Of a stretch of 64,000 nucleotides of DNA, positions 1 through 14,873 are shown piece after piece (position 1 is the stretch's first letter; every line of letters starts with the position of its first letter). The stretch lies in NCBI RefSeq assembly GCF_022846255.1, contig NZ_AP025682.1; one strand, 5' to 3'. A program made the position numbers and the translations under genes. Under the pieces are notes generated by a model that saw only the letters and a program-made list of their open reading frames with translations, made no database searches and had not been told where the DNA came from. The stretch is from Escherichia coli. Lineage in GTDB: Bacteria; Pseudomonadota; Gammaproteobacteria; Enterobacterales; Enterobacteriaceae.

Positions 1-1145
1 TCGGATTTAACGCTCTCGATAAATTCAAACGAGCTACCGGCACTCTGTTGCAGCTCCAGCAGGCTTTGCATCCAGCGCTGGGCGCGGATTTGCGCGGTGG
101 TGCTGGTTTCGCCGTGCTCTTTATAAGCCCAGTGCGCGGCAACACCCATCTCTGCCATCTGATCCATATCTTCGGTACGGATCTGGACCTCAACCGGCAC
201 GCCGTGCGGGCCAATCATCGAGGTGTGCAAAGACTGATAGCCGTTCGCTTTTGGAATGGCGATATAGTCTTTCACGCGGCCCGGACGCGGCTTGTACAGG
301 CTGTGCATCTGGCCCAGCACGCGATAACAGGTGTCAGAATCATTGACGATCACGCGGAAAGCGTAGATGTCCATGATTGAGTGAAAACGCTGCTCTTTGA
401 GCACCATTTTGCAGTAAATCGAATAAAGATGCTTTTCGCGACCACTGACGCGGCACGGTATTCCCGCTTCCTGCAAACGCCCTTCGATTTCAGAAAGAAT
501 CTTCTGGATCATCTCTTTACGGTTGCCGCGCGCGGCTTTCACCACTTCTTTGATTACGCGATAACGGTTGGGATACAGCGCCTCAAAACCCAGCTCTTCG
601 AGTTCGGTTTTAATGTGGTGGATACCTAAACGGTGTGCCAGCGGGCTGTAAATTTCGAGGGTTTCACGGGCGATGCGGCGACGTTTGTCCGGGCGAAGTG
701 CGCCCAGCGTGCGCATGTTGTGGGTACGGTCGGCAAGTTTGATGAGAATGACGCGGATATCCTGCACCATCGCCATAATCATCTTGCGAAAGTTTTCGGC
801 CTGCGCCTCTTTCTTATCGCGGAACTTGAGCTTATCAAGTTTCGACACCCCCTCTACCAGCTCGGCGACGCTTTTACCAAAAAGCTGTTCCATGTCCTGG
901 TAGGTGGCGGGAGTATCTTCAATCACGTCATGCAGCAGCGCCGCCATCAGCGTTTCATAGTCGAGTTTCATCTCGGCCAGAATGCAGGCAACCGCCACCG
1001 GGTGCGTGATATAGGGTTCACCGCTTGAACGTGTTTGCCCCTCGTGAGCATCACGTGCAACGAGATACGCCTGCCGCAGACGCTTGATTTGGTCTTCCGG
1101 CAGGTAGTTTTGAATCAGCTGATTCAGGCTTTCAAACAGATACAA
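1..1145 (-). CDS. spoT: Bifunctional (p)ppGpp synthetase/hydrolase SpoT, N-terminal part; 3' end lies beyond window start
   Basis: Reverse translation from 1145 reads (TTG)YLFESLNQLIQ..., matching the SpoT N-terminus; TTG start at 1143-1145; sits downstream of rpoZ as in the gmk-rpoZ-spoT operon. Confidence 0.9.
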   Translation of the reverse strand, partial: MYLFESLNQLIQNYLPEDQIKRLRQAYLVARDAHEGQTRSSGEPYITHPVAVACILAEMKLDYETLMAALLHDVIEDTPATYQDMEQLFGKSVAELVEGVSKLDKLKFRDKKEAQAENFRKMIMAMVQDIRVILIKLADRTHNMRTLGALRPDKRRRIARETLEIYSPLAHRLGIHHIKTELEELGFEALYPNRYRVIKEVVKAARGNRKEMIQKILSEIEGRLQEAGIPCRVSGREKHLYSIYCKMVLKEQRFHSIMDIYAFRVIVNDSDTCYRVLGQMHSLYKPRPGRVKDYIAIPKANGYQSLHTSMIGPHGVPVEVQIRTEDMDQMAEMGVAAHWAYKEHGETSTTAQIRAQRWMQSLLELQQSAGSSFEFIESVKS

Positions 1146-1163
1146 GGGCGACCCGCTTTGTGA

Positions 1164-1439
1164 TTAACGACGACCTTCAGCAATAGCGGTAACGGCTTGT
1201 AATTCAGCGGCTTCCTGCTCTTGCTGTTCCTGACGTTCGCGAACGTCGAGGATCTGGTTGTTGATCAGACCTTCTTCAATTTCGCGCAGCGCGATTACAG
1301 TGGTTTTATCGTTTTCTTCCGGTACCAGCGGATCCTTTCCGCCTACCTGCATCTGACGAGCGCGACGCGCGGCGACCAGTACCAGGTCAAAACGGTTACC
1401 AATTTTCTCTACAGCGTCCTGAACAGTTACGCGTGCCAT
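1164..1439 (-). CDS. rpoZ: RNA polymerase omega subunit
   Basis: 91-aa [32 protein letters not shown]... recognised as RpoZ. Confidence 0.95.
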
Positions 1440-1493
1440 ACTTAAAAAGCTCCACAGGTGAAGAAATGACTGGGCATGATACTGAAATCAGGT

Positions 1494-2227
<734 letters not shown>

Positions 2228-2282
2228 ATTTTGCGTAGCTGCTTCCGCATTTGCCTGTGATTCACTGCAATAAAGACGATTC

Positions 2283-2326
<44 letters not shown>

Positions 2327-2333
2327 TCTTCAC

Positions 2334-4671
<2,338 letters not shown>

Positions 4672-4981
4672 GGTTCTCTCCCTAAAAATCTGTCTGGCAG
4701 GGTAGCGATTTGTGCGTATTGTCACGATTGAGATTTTTTAAGGTGAGAGGAAATTGATAACTTTTAGTTATGTGAAATCGCTATTTTCTGTAGCGTAGAT
4801 GTATTCTTCTGACTTCTTGTCTGAGAAAATGCATAAGAAAAAATAGGTTAAAATTGAGGGTGGAAAAGAAAGGTGCAATGTTTAGCCATTGTGTTCACCG
4901 CACCTGGACTTTGGCTTACGCATCGGGTATCTCAATCAACAAAAAGAGTTTTTAGTTTCTGCTATTTCTTCTCTGTAATTT

Positions 4982-5239
4982 TTACACTGTTTTCCAACTG
5001 CTTGATGCTGACCTGCGGGGTCGGCAACTTAATACAACCATTTTGGTGGTTTCAACGAAATGGTCAGATGCAGCTTGATTGCTGGCTTCGCACGCTTGAG
5101 TCGCGCGGGCCAGTACCTTTTGAAAATTGCGCGAGTCCCGATAATCCAGTAACGGTGCCAATTCTCTCGCTGACCAAAATTCTTGCCCTTCAGTGCCATA
5201 ATGCCGTATTTCTTCAAAAGGTTGATGATGTTCGTTCAT
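4982..5239 (-). pseudogene. dinD: Truncated DNA-damage-inducible protein DinD (about 85 aa left of a ~274-aa protein)
   Basis: ORF MNEHHQPFEEIRHYGTEGQEFWSARELAPLLDYRDSRNFQKVLARA... matches the DinD N-terminus, then diverges and stops; no long in-frame continuation on the minus strand between 4726 and 4982; LexA box just upstream; position between yicC and yicG matches dinD. Confidence 0.55.
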
Positions 5240-5282
5240 TGCCCACTCCATGTGATATCGATTGCAAGGAAAGTAAGTTTAC

Positions 5283-5302
5283 AACTGTGTTTATATACAG
5301 TT
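5283..5302. promoter_or_regulatory. LexA (SOS) box AACTGTGTTTATATACAGTT upstream of the dinD remnant
   Basis: Perfect CTGT-N8-ACAG palindrome with AT-rich centre, about 45 bp upstream of the dinD start. Confidence 0.65.
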
Positions 5303-5460
5303 GTGAGCATCTCACGTTCTCACTGCGCTGGGCAAAAAAACATCGCAAAATCTGGAGCAGGCACGCAAAACAGAATTGAATGTTGCGGGGAGGAAAAATG
5401 CCGCTCTGTTTGAGTGGGCGGCATTTGTGAAGGCTGAAAAGGAAGAATTGGCGTTACGAG

Positions 5461-6324
5461 TTATTCAATGTTCTGGATCTGCTCGCGCATCTGCTCAATC
5501 AACACTTTCAGCTCGATGGCAGAATTCGTCACTTCGGCATTGATAGATTTCGACGCAAGAGTGTTCGACTCGCGGTTGAACTCCTGCATCATAAAGTCCA
5601 GACGACGGCCAACCGCTTCTTTTTTCTTCAGAATGTTGTAGGTCTCTTTGACATGCGCTTCGAGGCGGTCCAGTTCTTCGGCAACGTCAATTCGTTGTGC
5701 CAGCAGAACCAACTCCTGCTCCAGACGGTTGTTTTCCAGTTGCACCTGAGCATCTTCCAGCTTCGCGACCAGACGCTCACGCTGCCATTGCAGGATTTCC
5801 GGCATATGGGCGCGGACTTTGACCACTTCGGCGCTGACGCCTTCCAGACGCTGCTCGATCAATGCTTTCAGCGCCTGACCTTCGGTTTCGCGCGCGACGA
5901 TAAAGTCGTCCAGCGTACCATCCAACGCCGCGAGAATTTCAGCGGCAATCGCGTCGAGATCCTGCTCCTGGGCTGCCATTACGCCCGGCCAGCGCAGAAT
6001 ATCAACCGGGTTGATTTCCCCTTCGTCACTCTGCATTTTTACCCAGTTCGCGGCAGTTACCAGCTGTTTAGCCAGTTTTTCGTTGAGGATCAGCTCACCT
6101 TGCGCGCTAACATCTGGCTCATAGCGCAGGGTACATTCCACTTTACCGCGCGTCAGGCGAGAACGAATACGCTCACGAACGACAGGTTCAAGGCTACGGA
6201 ACTGCTCCGGCAGACGAAAGTAAGTTTCCAGATAACGCTGGTTTACCGAGCGCATTTCCCAGGTTGCGCTCCCCCATTCACCCTTGATTTCACGCCGGGC
6301 GTAGGCGGTCATACTGCGGATCAT
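5461..6324 (-). CDS. yicC: UPF0701 protein YicC
   Basis: 287-aa ORF MIRSMTAYARREIKGEWGSATWEMRSVNQRYLE... recognised as YicC. Confidence 0.9.
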   Translation of the reverse strand: MIRSMTAYARREIKGEWGSATWEMRSVNQRYLETYFRLPEQFRSLEPVVRERIRSRLTRGKVECTLRYEPDVSAQGELILNEKLAKQLVTAANWVKMQSDEGEINPVDILRWPGVMAAQEQDLDAIAAEILAALDGTLDDFIVARETEGQALKALIEQRLEGVSAEVVKVRAHMPEILQWQRERLVAKLEDAQVQLENNRLEQELVLLAQRIDVAEELDRLEAHVKETYNILKKKEAVGRRLDFMMQEFNRESNTLASKSINAEVTNSAIELKVLIEQMREQIQNIE

Positions 6325-6450
6325 AGACGTTCCTGTTTATAAAAGGAGAGGTGGAAGGATTATAGCCATCGATGCCTTGTCAGGATAGGAATAACCGCCG
6401 GAAGTCCGTATAATGCGCAGCCACATTTGTTTCAAGCCGGAGATTTCAAT

Positions 6451-7167
6451 ATGCGTCCAGCAGGCCGTAGCAATAATCAGGTGCGTCCCGTTACCCTGAC
6501 TCGTAACTATACAAAACATGCAGAAGGCTCGGTGCTGGTCGAATTTGGCGATACCAAAGTATTGTGTACCGCCTCTATTGAAGAAGGCGTGCCGCGCTTC
6601 CTGAAAGGTCAGGGCCAGGGCTGGATCACCGCAGAGTACGGCATGCTGCCACGTTCTACCCACACCCGTAACGCGCGTGAAGCGGCGAAAGGTAAGCAGG
6701 GTGGACGCACCATGGAAATCCAGCGTCTGATCGCCCGTGCTCTTCGCGCGGCAGTAGATTTGAAAGCGCTGGGTGAGTTCACCATTACGCTGGACTGCGA
6801 CGTGCTTCAGGCTGATGGTGGCACGCGTACCGCGTCGATTACGGGTGCCTGCGTGGCGCTGGCAGATGCGCTACAGAAGCTGGTGGAAAACGGTAAGCTG
6901 AAAACCAATCCGATGAAAGGGATGGTAGCCGCGGTTTCTGTCGGGATTGTGAACGGCGAAGCGGTTTGCGATCTGGAATACGTTGAAGACTCTGCCGCAG
7001 AGACCGACATGAACGTAGTGATGACCGAAGACGGGCGCATCATTGAAGTGCAGGGGACGGCAGAAGGCGAGCCGTTCACCCATGAAGAGTTACTCACCTT
7101 GTTGGCGCTGGCCCGAGGGGGAATCGAATCCATTGTAGCGACGCAGAAGGCGGCGCTGGCAAACTGA
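6451..7167 (+). CDS. rph: Ribonuclease PH, full-length 238 aa (no rph-1 frameshift)
   Basis: [45 protein letters not shown]... reads through to ...[11 protein letters not shown]. Confidence 0.95.
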   Translation: MRPAGRSNNQVRPVTLTRNYTKHAEGSVLVEFGDTKVLCTASIEEGVPRFLKGQGQGWITAEYGMLPRSTHTRNAREAAKGKQGGRTMEIQRLIARALRAAVDLKALGEFTITLDCDVLQADGGTRTASITGACVALADALQKLVENGKLKTNPMKGMVAAVSVGIVNGEAVCDLEYVEDSAAETDMNVVMTEDGRIIEVQGTAEGEPFTHEELLTLLALARGGIESIVATQKAALAN

Positions 7168-7174
7168 TTTTTAA

Positions 7175-7201
7175 GGCGACTGATGAGTCGCCTTTTTTTT
7201 G
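7175..7201 (+). terminator. pyrE attenuator: GC hairpin GGCGACTGATGAGTCGCC followed by T8
   Basis: Inverted repeat plus T-run starting 8 nt after the rph stop (7165-7167) and about 30 nt before the pyrE start. Confidence 0.7.
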
Positions 7202-7232
7202 TCTGTAGAAAAGTAAGATGAGGAGCGAAGGC

Positions 7233-7874
7233 ATGAAACCATATCAGCGCCAGTTTATTGAATTTGCGCTTAGCAAGCAGGTGTTAAAGTTTGGCGAGTT
7301 TACGCTGAAGTCCGGGCGCAAAAGCCCCTATTTCTTCAACGCCGGGCTGTTTAATACCGGGCGCGATCTGGCACTGTTAGGCCGTTTTTACGCTGAAGCA
7401 TTGGTGGATTCCGGCATTGAGTTCGATCTGCTGTTTGGCCCTGCTTACAAAGGGATCCCGATTGCCACCACAACTGCCGTGGCGCTGGCGGAGCATCATG
7501 ACCTGGACCTGCCGTACTGCTTTAACCGCAAAGAAGCAAAAGACCATGGTGAAGGTGGCAATCTGGTCGGTAGCGCGTTACAAGGACGCGTAATGCTGGT
7601 GGATGATGTGATCACCGCCGGAACGGCGATCCGCGAGTCGATGGAAATTATTCAGGCCAATGGCGCGACGCTGGCTGGCGTATTGATTTCGCTTGATCGT
7701 CAGGAACGCGGGCGCGGCGAGATTTCGGCGATTCAGGAAGTTGAGCGTGATTACAACTGCAAGGTGATCTCTATCATCACCCTGAAAGACCTGATTGCTT
7801 ACCTGGAAGAGAAGCCAGAAATGGCGGAACATCTGGCGGCGGTTAAGGCCTATCGCGAAGAGTTTGGCGTTTAA
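7233..7874 (+). CDS. pyrE: Orotate phosphoribosyltransferase
   Basis: [41 protein letters not shown]..., 213 aa from ATG 7233. Confidence 0.95.
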
Positions 7875-7910
7875 AGAAACTCGCCGGATGAAAAGTCATC
7901 CGGCGTCATA

Positions 7911-8507
7911 TTACTGCAACTGTGCGGCAATTAGCGGCCAGCGGGCGTCAAAATCATCCGTCGGGCGGTATTTAAACTCGCTGCGGACAAAGCGTGACAG
8001 CATACCTTCACAGAAGGCCAGCAACTGGCTTGCCAGCAGGGTTTCATCGGTGGTGTAACCTTCACCCTCACGCATTCTCTTTTCACGCAATACCTGACGC
8101 AACTGCGCTTCAATACGCTCGAACAGCTGGTTGATGCGCCCTTGCAGACGATCCTGTTCGAACATTAGCGCATGACCAGTGAGGATGCGAGTCAGGCCAG
8201 GATTACGCTCACCAAAACCGAGAAGCAGCAACACAATCAGACGCAGGCGCGCTGTGGTGTCCTTCTCATCTTTCAGAATCAGATTGATGCGAGTAATCAG
8301 GCTATCTTCGATAAACTCAATCAGGCTATCGAACATGCGGGTCTTACTGGGGAAGTGGCGATACAGTGCCGCTTCGGAAACGCCGACAGAGGCGGCCAGT
8401 TTTGCCGTCGTGATACGTTGGCTTCCATCGCTGGATTCCAGCATCAGCGCCAGAGACTGAAGTATTTCCTCGCGACGGTTCCTTTTCGCAGTTTGTTTTT
8501 CTGCCAT
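7911..8507 (-). CDS. slmA: Nucleoid occlusion factor SlmA (TetR family)
   Basis: ORF contains [52 protein letters not shown]...; 198 aa. Confidence 0.9.
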
Positions 8508-8613
8508 GTTACAAAATACCCCTGAAAATAAGCACTTGCCAGGCGGCACCCACGCTATGACCGCAAACGAAATGTTTGCGGCTATGTTATGACGTTATTC
8601 GGATGCGTATGTG

Positions 8614-9072
8614 TTACTGACGACCAGAGTGACCAAAGCCGCCTTCACCGCGGTCGGTGGCGTCGAAATCTTCCACCAGATTAAATTCAGCCTGTACTAC
8701 CGGAACAAAAATCATCTGGGCGATGCGTTCGCCAGGTTGAATGGTGAAGCTGTCCTGACCACGGTTCCACACGGAAATCATCAACTGGCCCTGATAGTCA
8801 GAATCGATCAATCCTACCAGGTTACCAAGCACGATACCGTGCTTATGTCCCAATCCGGAGCGCGGCAGCATCATTGCCGCCAGTGAAGGATCGGCAATAT
8901 GAATCGCCAGCCCGGTCGGAACCAGCGTAGTGTCACCCGGAGCCAGTTCTACGGCGTCGTCGAGACAGGCACGCAGGTCAAGTCCGGCAGAGCCAGAGGT
9001 GGCATAAGTCGGGAGCGGAAATTCCTTCCCAACGCGCGGGTCCAGAATCTTAACGTCGATTTTTTTCATCAT
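8614..9072 (-). CDS. dut: dUTP diphosphatase
   Basis: [39 protein letters not shown]... recognised as Dut. Confidence 0.95.
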
Positions 9073-10270
9073 AACGGGTCACGATCTCGTCGAGTAATAA
9101 TTGGCCAAGGAGCTCTTTGCGCTCAAGCGGTAAGACTTTATCTCCGTCCTGCCAGAAAAGGTGTAATGCGTTGTTGTCGCTGTTAAATCCTTGAGTTGGC
9201 TGGGAAACATCGTTCGCGCAGATCAGATCAAGGTTTTTACGGATACGTTTTTGCCGGGCGTATTCTTCCACATTATTTGTTTCGGCGGCAAATCCAACGA
9301 CGTAGGGGCGATGGTCTTTTAGTGCGGCAACGCCTGCGACGATATCGGGGTTTTTAACCATTTTTATTGTTAATTCATCACCCTGCGTGGCCTGCTTTTT
9401 GATTTTTTCTGGGGCCACGGTAGCTGCGCGATAATCCGCCACGGCGGCGCAACCGATAAAAATATTTTGCTGCTGTACAGAAGCATTCACGGCGGCTTCC
9501 ATTTCCAGCGCGGTCATCACATCAACACGGTTAACAAACGGTGGCGTCGGTAGTGAAACCGGACCTGATACCAGCGTGACGTTCGCGCCACGACGGGCTG
9601 CGGCGGCGGCGATAGCAAAACCCATCTTGCCGGAGCTGTGATTAGAGATATAACGCACGGGATCGAGCGGTTCACGCGTCGGACCGGCGGTAATCATAAT
9701 GTTCAGATGTTTCAGGTCGTTGACGGGCGAAAAATGCGCTACCGCCATATCCACAATGGTTAACGGATCGAGCATTCGTCCTGGGCCGATATCACCACAA
9801 GCCTGACTGCCGCTGTCTGGCCCCCAGATGAGCAAACCACGTGAGGCAAGCACCTCTAAATTATGCTGCGTGGCAGCGGCACGGTACATCTGCTGGTTCA
9901 TGGCGGGGAGCACGGCTACAGGCGCAGGTGTAGCCAGACAAATCGTCGATACCAGGTCATTCGCCATTCCGGCAGCAACACGGGCAATTAAATCTGCCGT
10001 GGCAGGGGCGAGAATCACTAAATCAGCCCATTTACCCAGCTCAATATGGCCCATAGCGGCTTCGGCTGCCGGGTCCAGCAGACTGTCGGAAACGGGATAA
10101 CCAGAAACCGCCTGCAAGCTAAGTGGGGTGATAAAGGCTTTTGCCGCTTCGGTCATGGCTACGCGGACATCGGCCCCGCGATCGCGCAAACGACGCACCA
10201 GTTCAGGGGTTTTATAGGCAGCAATACCGCCGCTAACGCCGAGAACGATTTTTTTACCGGCCAGGCTCAT
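9050..10270 (-). CDS. coaBC: Phosphopantothenoylcysteine decarboxylase / phosphopantothenate-cysteine ligase (CoaBC, Dfp)
   Basis: ORF contains [37 protein letters not shown]...; 406 aa from ATG at 10268-10270; 3' end overlaps the dut start by 23 nt. Confidence 0.95.
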
Positions 10271-10441
10271 GATGATTTTTCCTGTTGGGTGACACCAGAA
10301 GTTGGCGATTTTATCACAATACTTTTGTTGTCGTGCCTTCACCTGAGATTCACTTTGCGAGGCGCTTTCCAGGATTGAAAACTGGCCGTCGATTTAAAGG
10401 AACGGCTATGACAGGATGCGAGCACCACAAAGGAGGTGAAG

Positions 10442-11110
10442 GTGAAAAACAATTCACAGCTGTTGATGCCGCGCGAAAAAATGCTGAAGTTTGGTATTAG
10501 CGCCTTAACGGATGTCGAGCTGCTGGCGCTATTTCTGCGTACCGGAACGCGCGGTAAAGATGTATTAACCCTGGCAAAAGAGATGCTGGAGAATTTCGGC
10601 TCTCTTTATGGCTTGTTAACCTCTGAATATGAACAATTTAGTGGTGTTCATGGAATTGGCGTGGCGAAATTTGCCCAGTTAAAGGGGATTGCCGAACTGG
10701 CGCGGCGTTACTACAACGTGCGGATGCGTGAAGAAAGCCCTTTACTCAGCCCGGAGATGACGCGGGAATTTTTACAAAGCCAGCTCACGGGTGAGGAGCG
10801 GGAGATCTTTATGGTGATCTTTCTCGACTCACAACACCGGGTTATAACGCATAGCCGTCTTTTTTCCGGCACGCTAAACCATGTTGAAGTCCATCCTCGG
10901 GAAATTATCCGCGAAGCGATAAAAATAAATGCCTCGGCGCTGATCCTTGCACATAATCACCCTTCGGGTTGTGCTGAACCCAGTAAAGCGGATAAACTCA
11001 TTACTGAACGGATAATAAAGAGTTGTCAGTTCATGGATTTACGCGTGCTCGACCATATCGTAATTGGGCGTGGAGAGTATGTTTCTTTTGCCGAACGCGG
11101 CTGGATTTAA
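10442..11110 (+). CDS. yicR: UPF0758 protein YicR (RadC-like JAB domain)
   Basis: ORF ...[37 protein letters not shown]... with HNHPSG motif; GTG start at 10442 preferred (GGAGG 6 nt upstream), alternative GTG at 10436. Confidence 0.85.
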   Translation: MKNNSQLLMPREKMLKFGISALTDVELLALFLRTGTRGKDVLTLAKEMLENFGSLYGLLTSEYEQFSGVHGIGVAKFAQLKGIAELARRYYNVRMREESPLLSPEMTREFLQSQLTGEEREIFMVIFLDSQHRVITHSRLFSGTLNHVEVHPREIIREAIKINASALILAHNHPSGCAEPSKADKLITERIIKSCQFMDLRVLDHIVIGRGEYVSFAERGWI

Positions 11111-11152
11111 CCCGCTATGCGCGATCCTTCGGGATCTTTGTCTGTTCGGGAC

Positions 11153-11181
11153 TTGAGCACATCGCTGAGTCAGCGTATACT
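11153..11181 (+). promoter_or_regulatory. Putative sigma70 promoter of rpmB-rpmG (TTGAGC-17 bp-TATACT)
   Basis: Near-consensus -35/-10 hexamers with 17-bp spacer about 150 bp upstream of rpmB; inferred from sequence only. Confidence 0.4.
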
Positions 11182-11305
11182 ACGCCACCTTTGAGAATCT
11201 CGGGTTTGGCATTTGGGCCTGGCAATCGAGAGTTCACATAGAACTGCGATGACCGGGCTGTAAAGCCTGACGAGGCGCCAATACCCCATACGAAGCTCGA
11301 GCTAA

Positions 11306-11563
<258 letters not shown>

Positions 11564-11580
11564 GTACTTAGAGGAAATAA

Positions 11581-11751
<171 letters not shown>

Positions 11752-11771
11752 TTCTCGCTTTGATGTAACAA

Positions 11772-11800
11772 AAAACCTCGCTCCGGCGGGGTTTTTTGTT
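11772..11800 (+). terminator. Putative rho-independent terminator after rpmG
   Basis: Imperfect GC-rich hairpin (CCTCGC..GCGGGG) followed by TTTTTT about 20 nt after the rpmG stop. Confidence 0.45.
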
Positions 11801-11848
11801 ATCTGCTTGCCCCCATATTGACTGCATCTGTTCATTCCTGGAGATGCT

Positions 11849-12658
11849 ATGCCTGAATTACCCGAAGTTGAAACCAGCCGTCGCGGCATAGAACCGCATC
11901 TCGTTGGTGCAACCATTCTTCATGCGGTGGTGCGCAACGGACGCCTGCGCTGGCCGGTTTCAGAAGAGATCTACCGATTAAGCGATCAACCAGTGCTTAG
12001 CGTGCAGCGGCGGGCTAAATATCTGCTGCTGGAGCTGCCTGAGGGCTGGATTATCATTCATTTGGGGATGTCTGGCAGCCTGCGCATCCTTCCAGAAGAA
12101 CTTCCCCCTGAAAAGCATGACCATGTGGATTTGGTGATGAGCAACGGTAAAGTGCTGCGCTACACCGATCCGCGCCGCTTTGGTGCCTGGCTGTGGACCA
12201 AAGAGCTGGAAGGGCATAATGTGCTGGCCCATCTTGGACCGGAGCCGCTTAGCGACGATTTCAACGGTGAGTACCTGCATCAGAAGTGCGCGAAGAAAAA
12301 AACGGCGATTAAACCATGGCTGATGGATAACAAGCTGGTGGTAGGCGTAGGGAATATCTATGCCAGCGAATCTCTGTTTGCGGCGGGGATCCATCCGGAT
12401 CGGCTGGCGTCATCACTGTCGCTGGCGGAGTGTGAATTGTTAGCTCGGGTGATTAAAGCGGTGTTGCTGCGTTCGATTGAGCAGGGCGGTACAACGCTGA
12501 AAGATTTTCTGCAAAGTGATGGTAAACCGGGCTATTTCGCGCAGGAATTGCAGGTTTACGGGCGAAAAGGCGAGCCGTGTCGGGTGTGCGGTACGCCGAT
12601 TGTGGCGACTAAACATGCGCAGCGGGCAACGTTTTATTGTCGGCAGTGCCAGAAGTAA
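11849..12658 (+). CDS. mutM: Formamidopyrimidine-DNA glycosylase (MutM/Fpg)
   Basis: 269-aa [39 protein letters not shown]... with C-terminal zinc finger [24 protein letters not shown]. Confidence 0.95.
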
Positions 12659-12667
12659 TTGATGCGA

Positions 12668-12689
12668 GCCGGATGGCATACCATCCGGC
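12668..12689. terminator. Hairpin GCCGGATGG-N4-CCATCCGGC between convergent mutM and coaD
   Basis: Perfect 9-bp inverted repeat in the 38-bp gap between convergent stops; no strong T-run, so function is inferred. Confidence 0.45.
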
Positions 12690-12696
12690 ATAAACG

Positions 12697-14461
<1,765 letters not shown>

Positions 14462-14775
14462 AGTAAATAGCTGACTTATGGATGTGCTGGGGATTCTATG
14501 TATTTAGCTGTGGCTTTACCATTACTTTTCCCGTTTTTGACTTAAATAGCAATTTACCCGCCAATTCTTGCTGAACATCTATACTTTTTTTGTATTTTTA
14601 TGCGATTCATTGATTTCTGCAGTACGTGCAGGAAGGAATCGCAGAGCAACAGTAAAAGAATATGGTTGCTAATGATTTTATTTGATTGATTTCTTTATTG
14701 AAAATCAACAATGTGCTTAAAAATCATTCGGGTCGGATTGCCGCGAAAGAAGTGATACACTAGCGCGTCAATATC

Positions 14776-14825
14776 AGTGCGGTATCAGTATTCAGGTAGC
14801 TGTTGAGCCTGGGGCGGTAGCGTGC
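14776..14825 (+). promoter_or_regulatory. JUMPstart region with ops element GGCGGTAGCGTG (14813-14824) in the waaQ operon leader
   Basis: Exact 12-nt ops sequence about 50-100 nt upstream of the waaQ start on the coding strand; RfaH-dependent antitermination is established for waaQ operons. Confidence 0.7.
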
Positions 14826-14873
14826 TTTTTCTGCTTCACCTTAATCGGATAATCTCAACAAAAAGAGTTACTT

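Noticed and set aside
48-1028. Plus-strand ORFs of 82-131 aa at the window start
   Set aside because: All lie opposite the spoT coding sequence, whose minus-strand translation matches SpoT
4873-5379. 168-aa plus-strand ORF across the dinD remnant
   Set aside because: Runs antisense to the dinD N-terminal coding sequence and through its promoter and LexA box; no ribosome-binding site or recognisable domain
5653-6342. 229-aa ORF on the plus strand
   Set aside because: Antisense to yicC; shadow ORF
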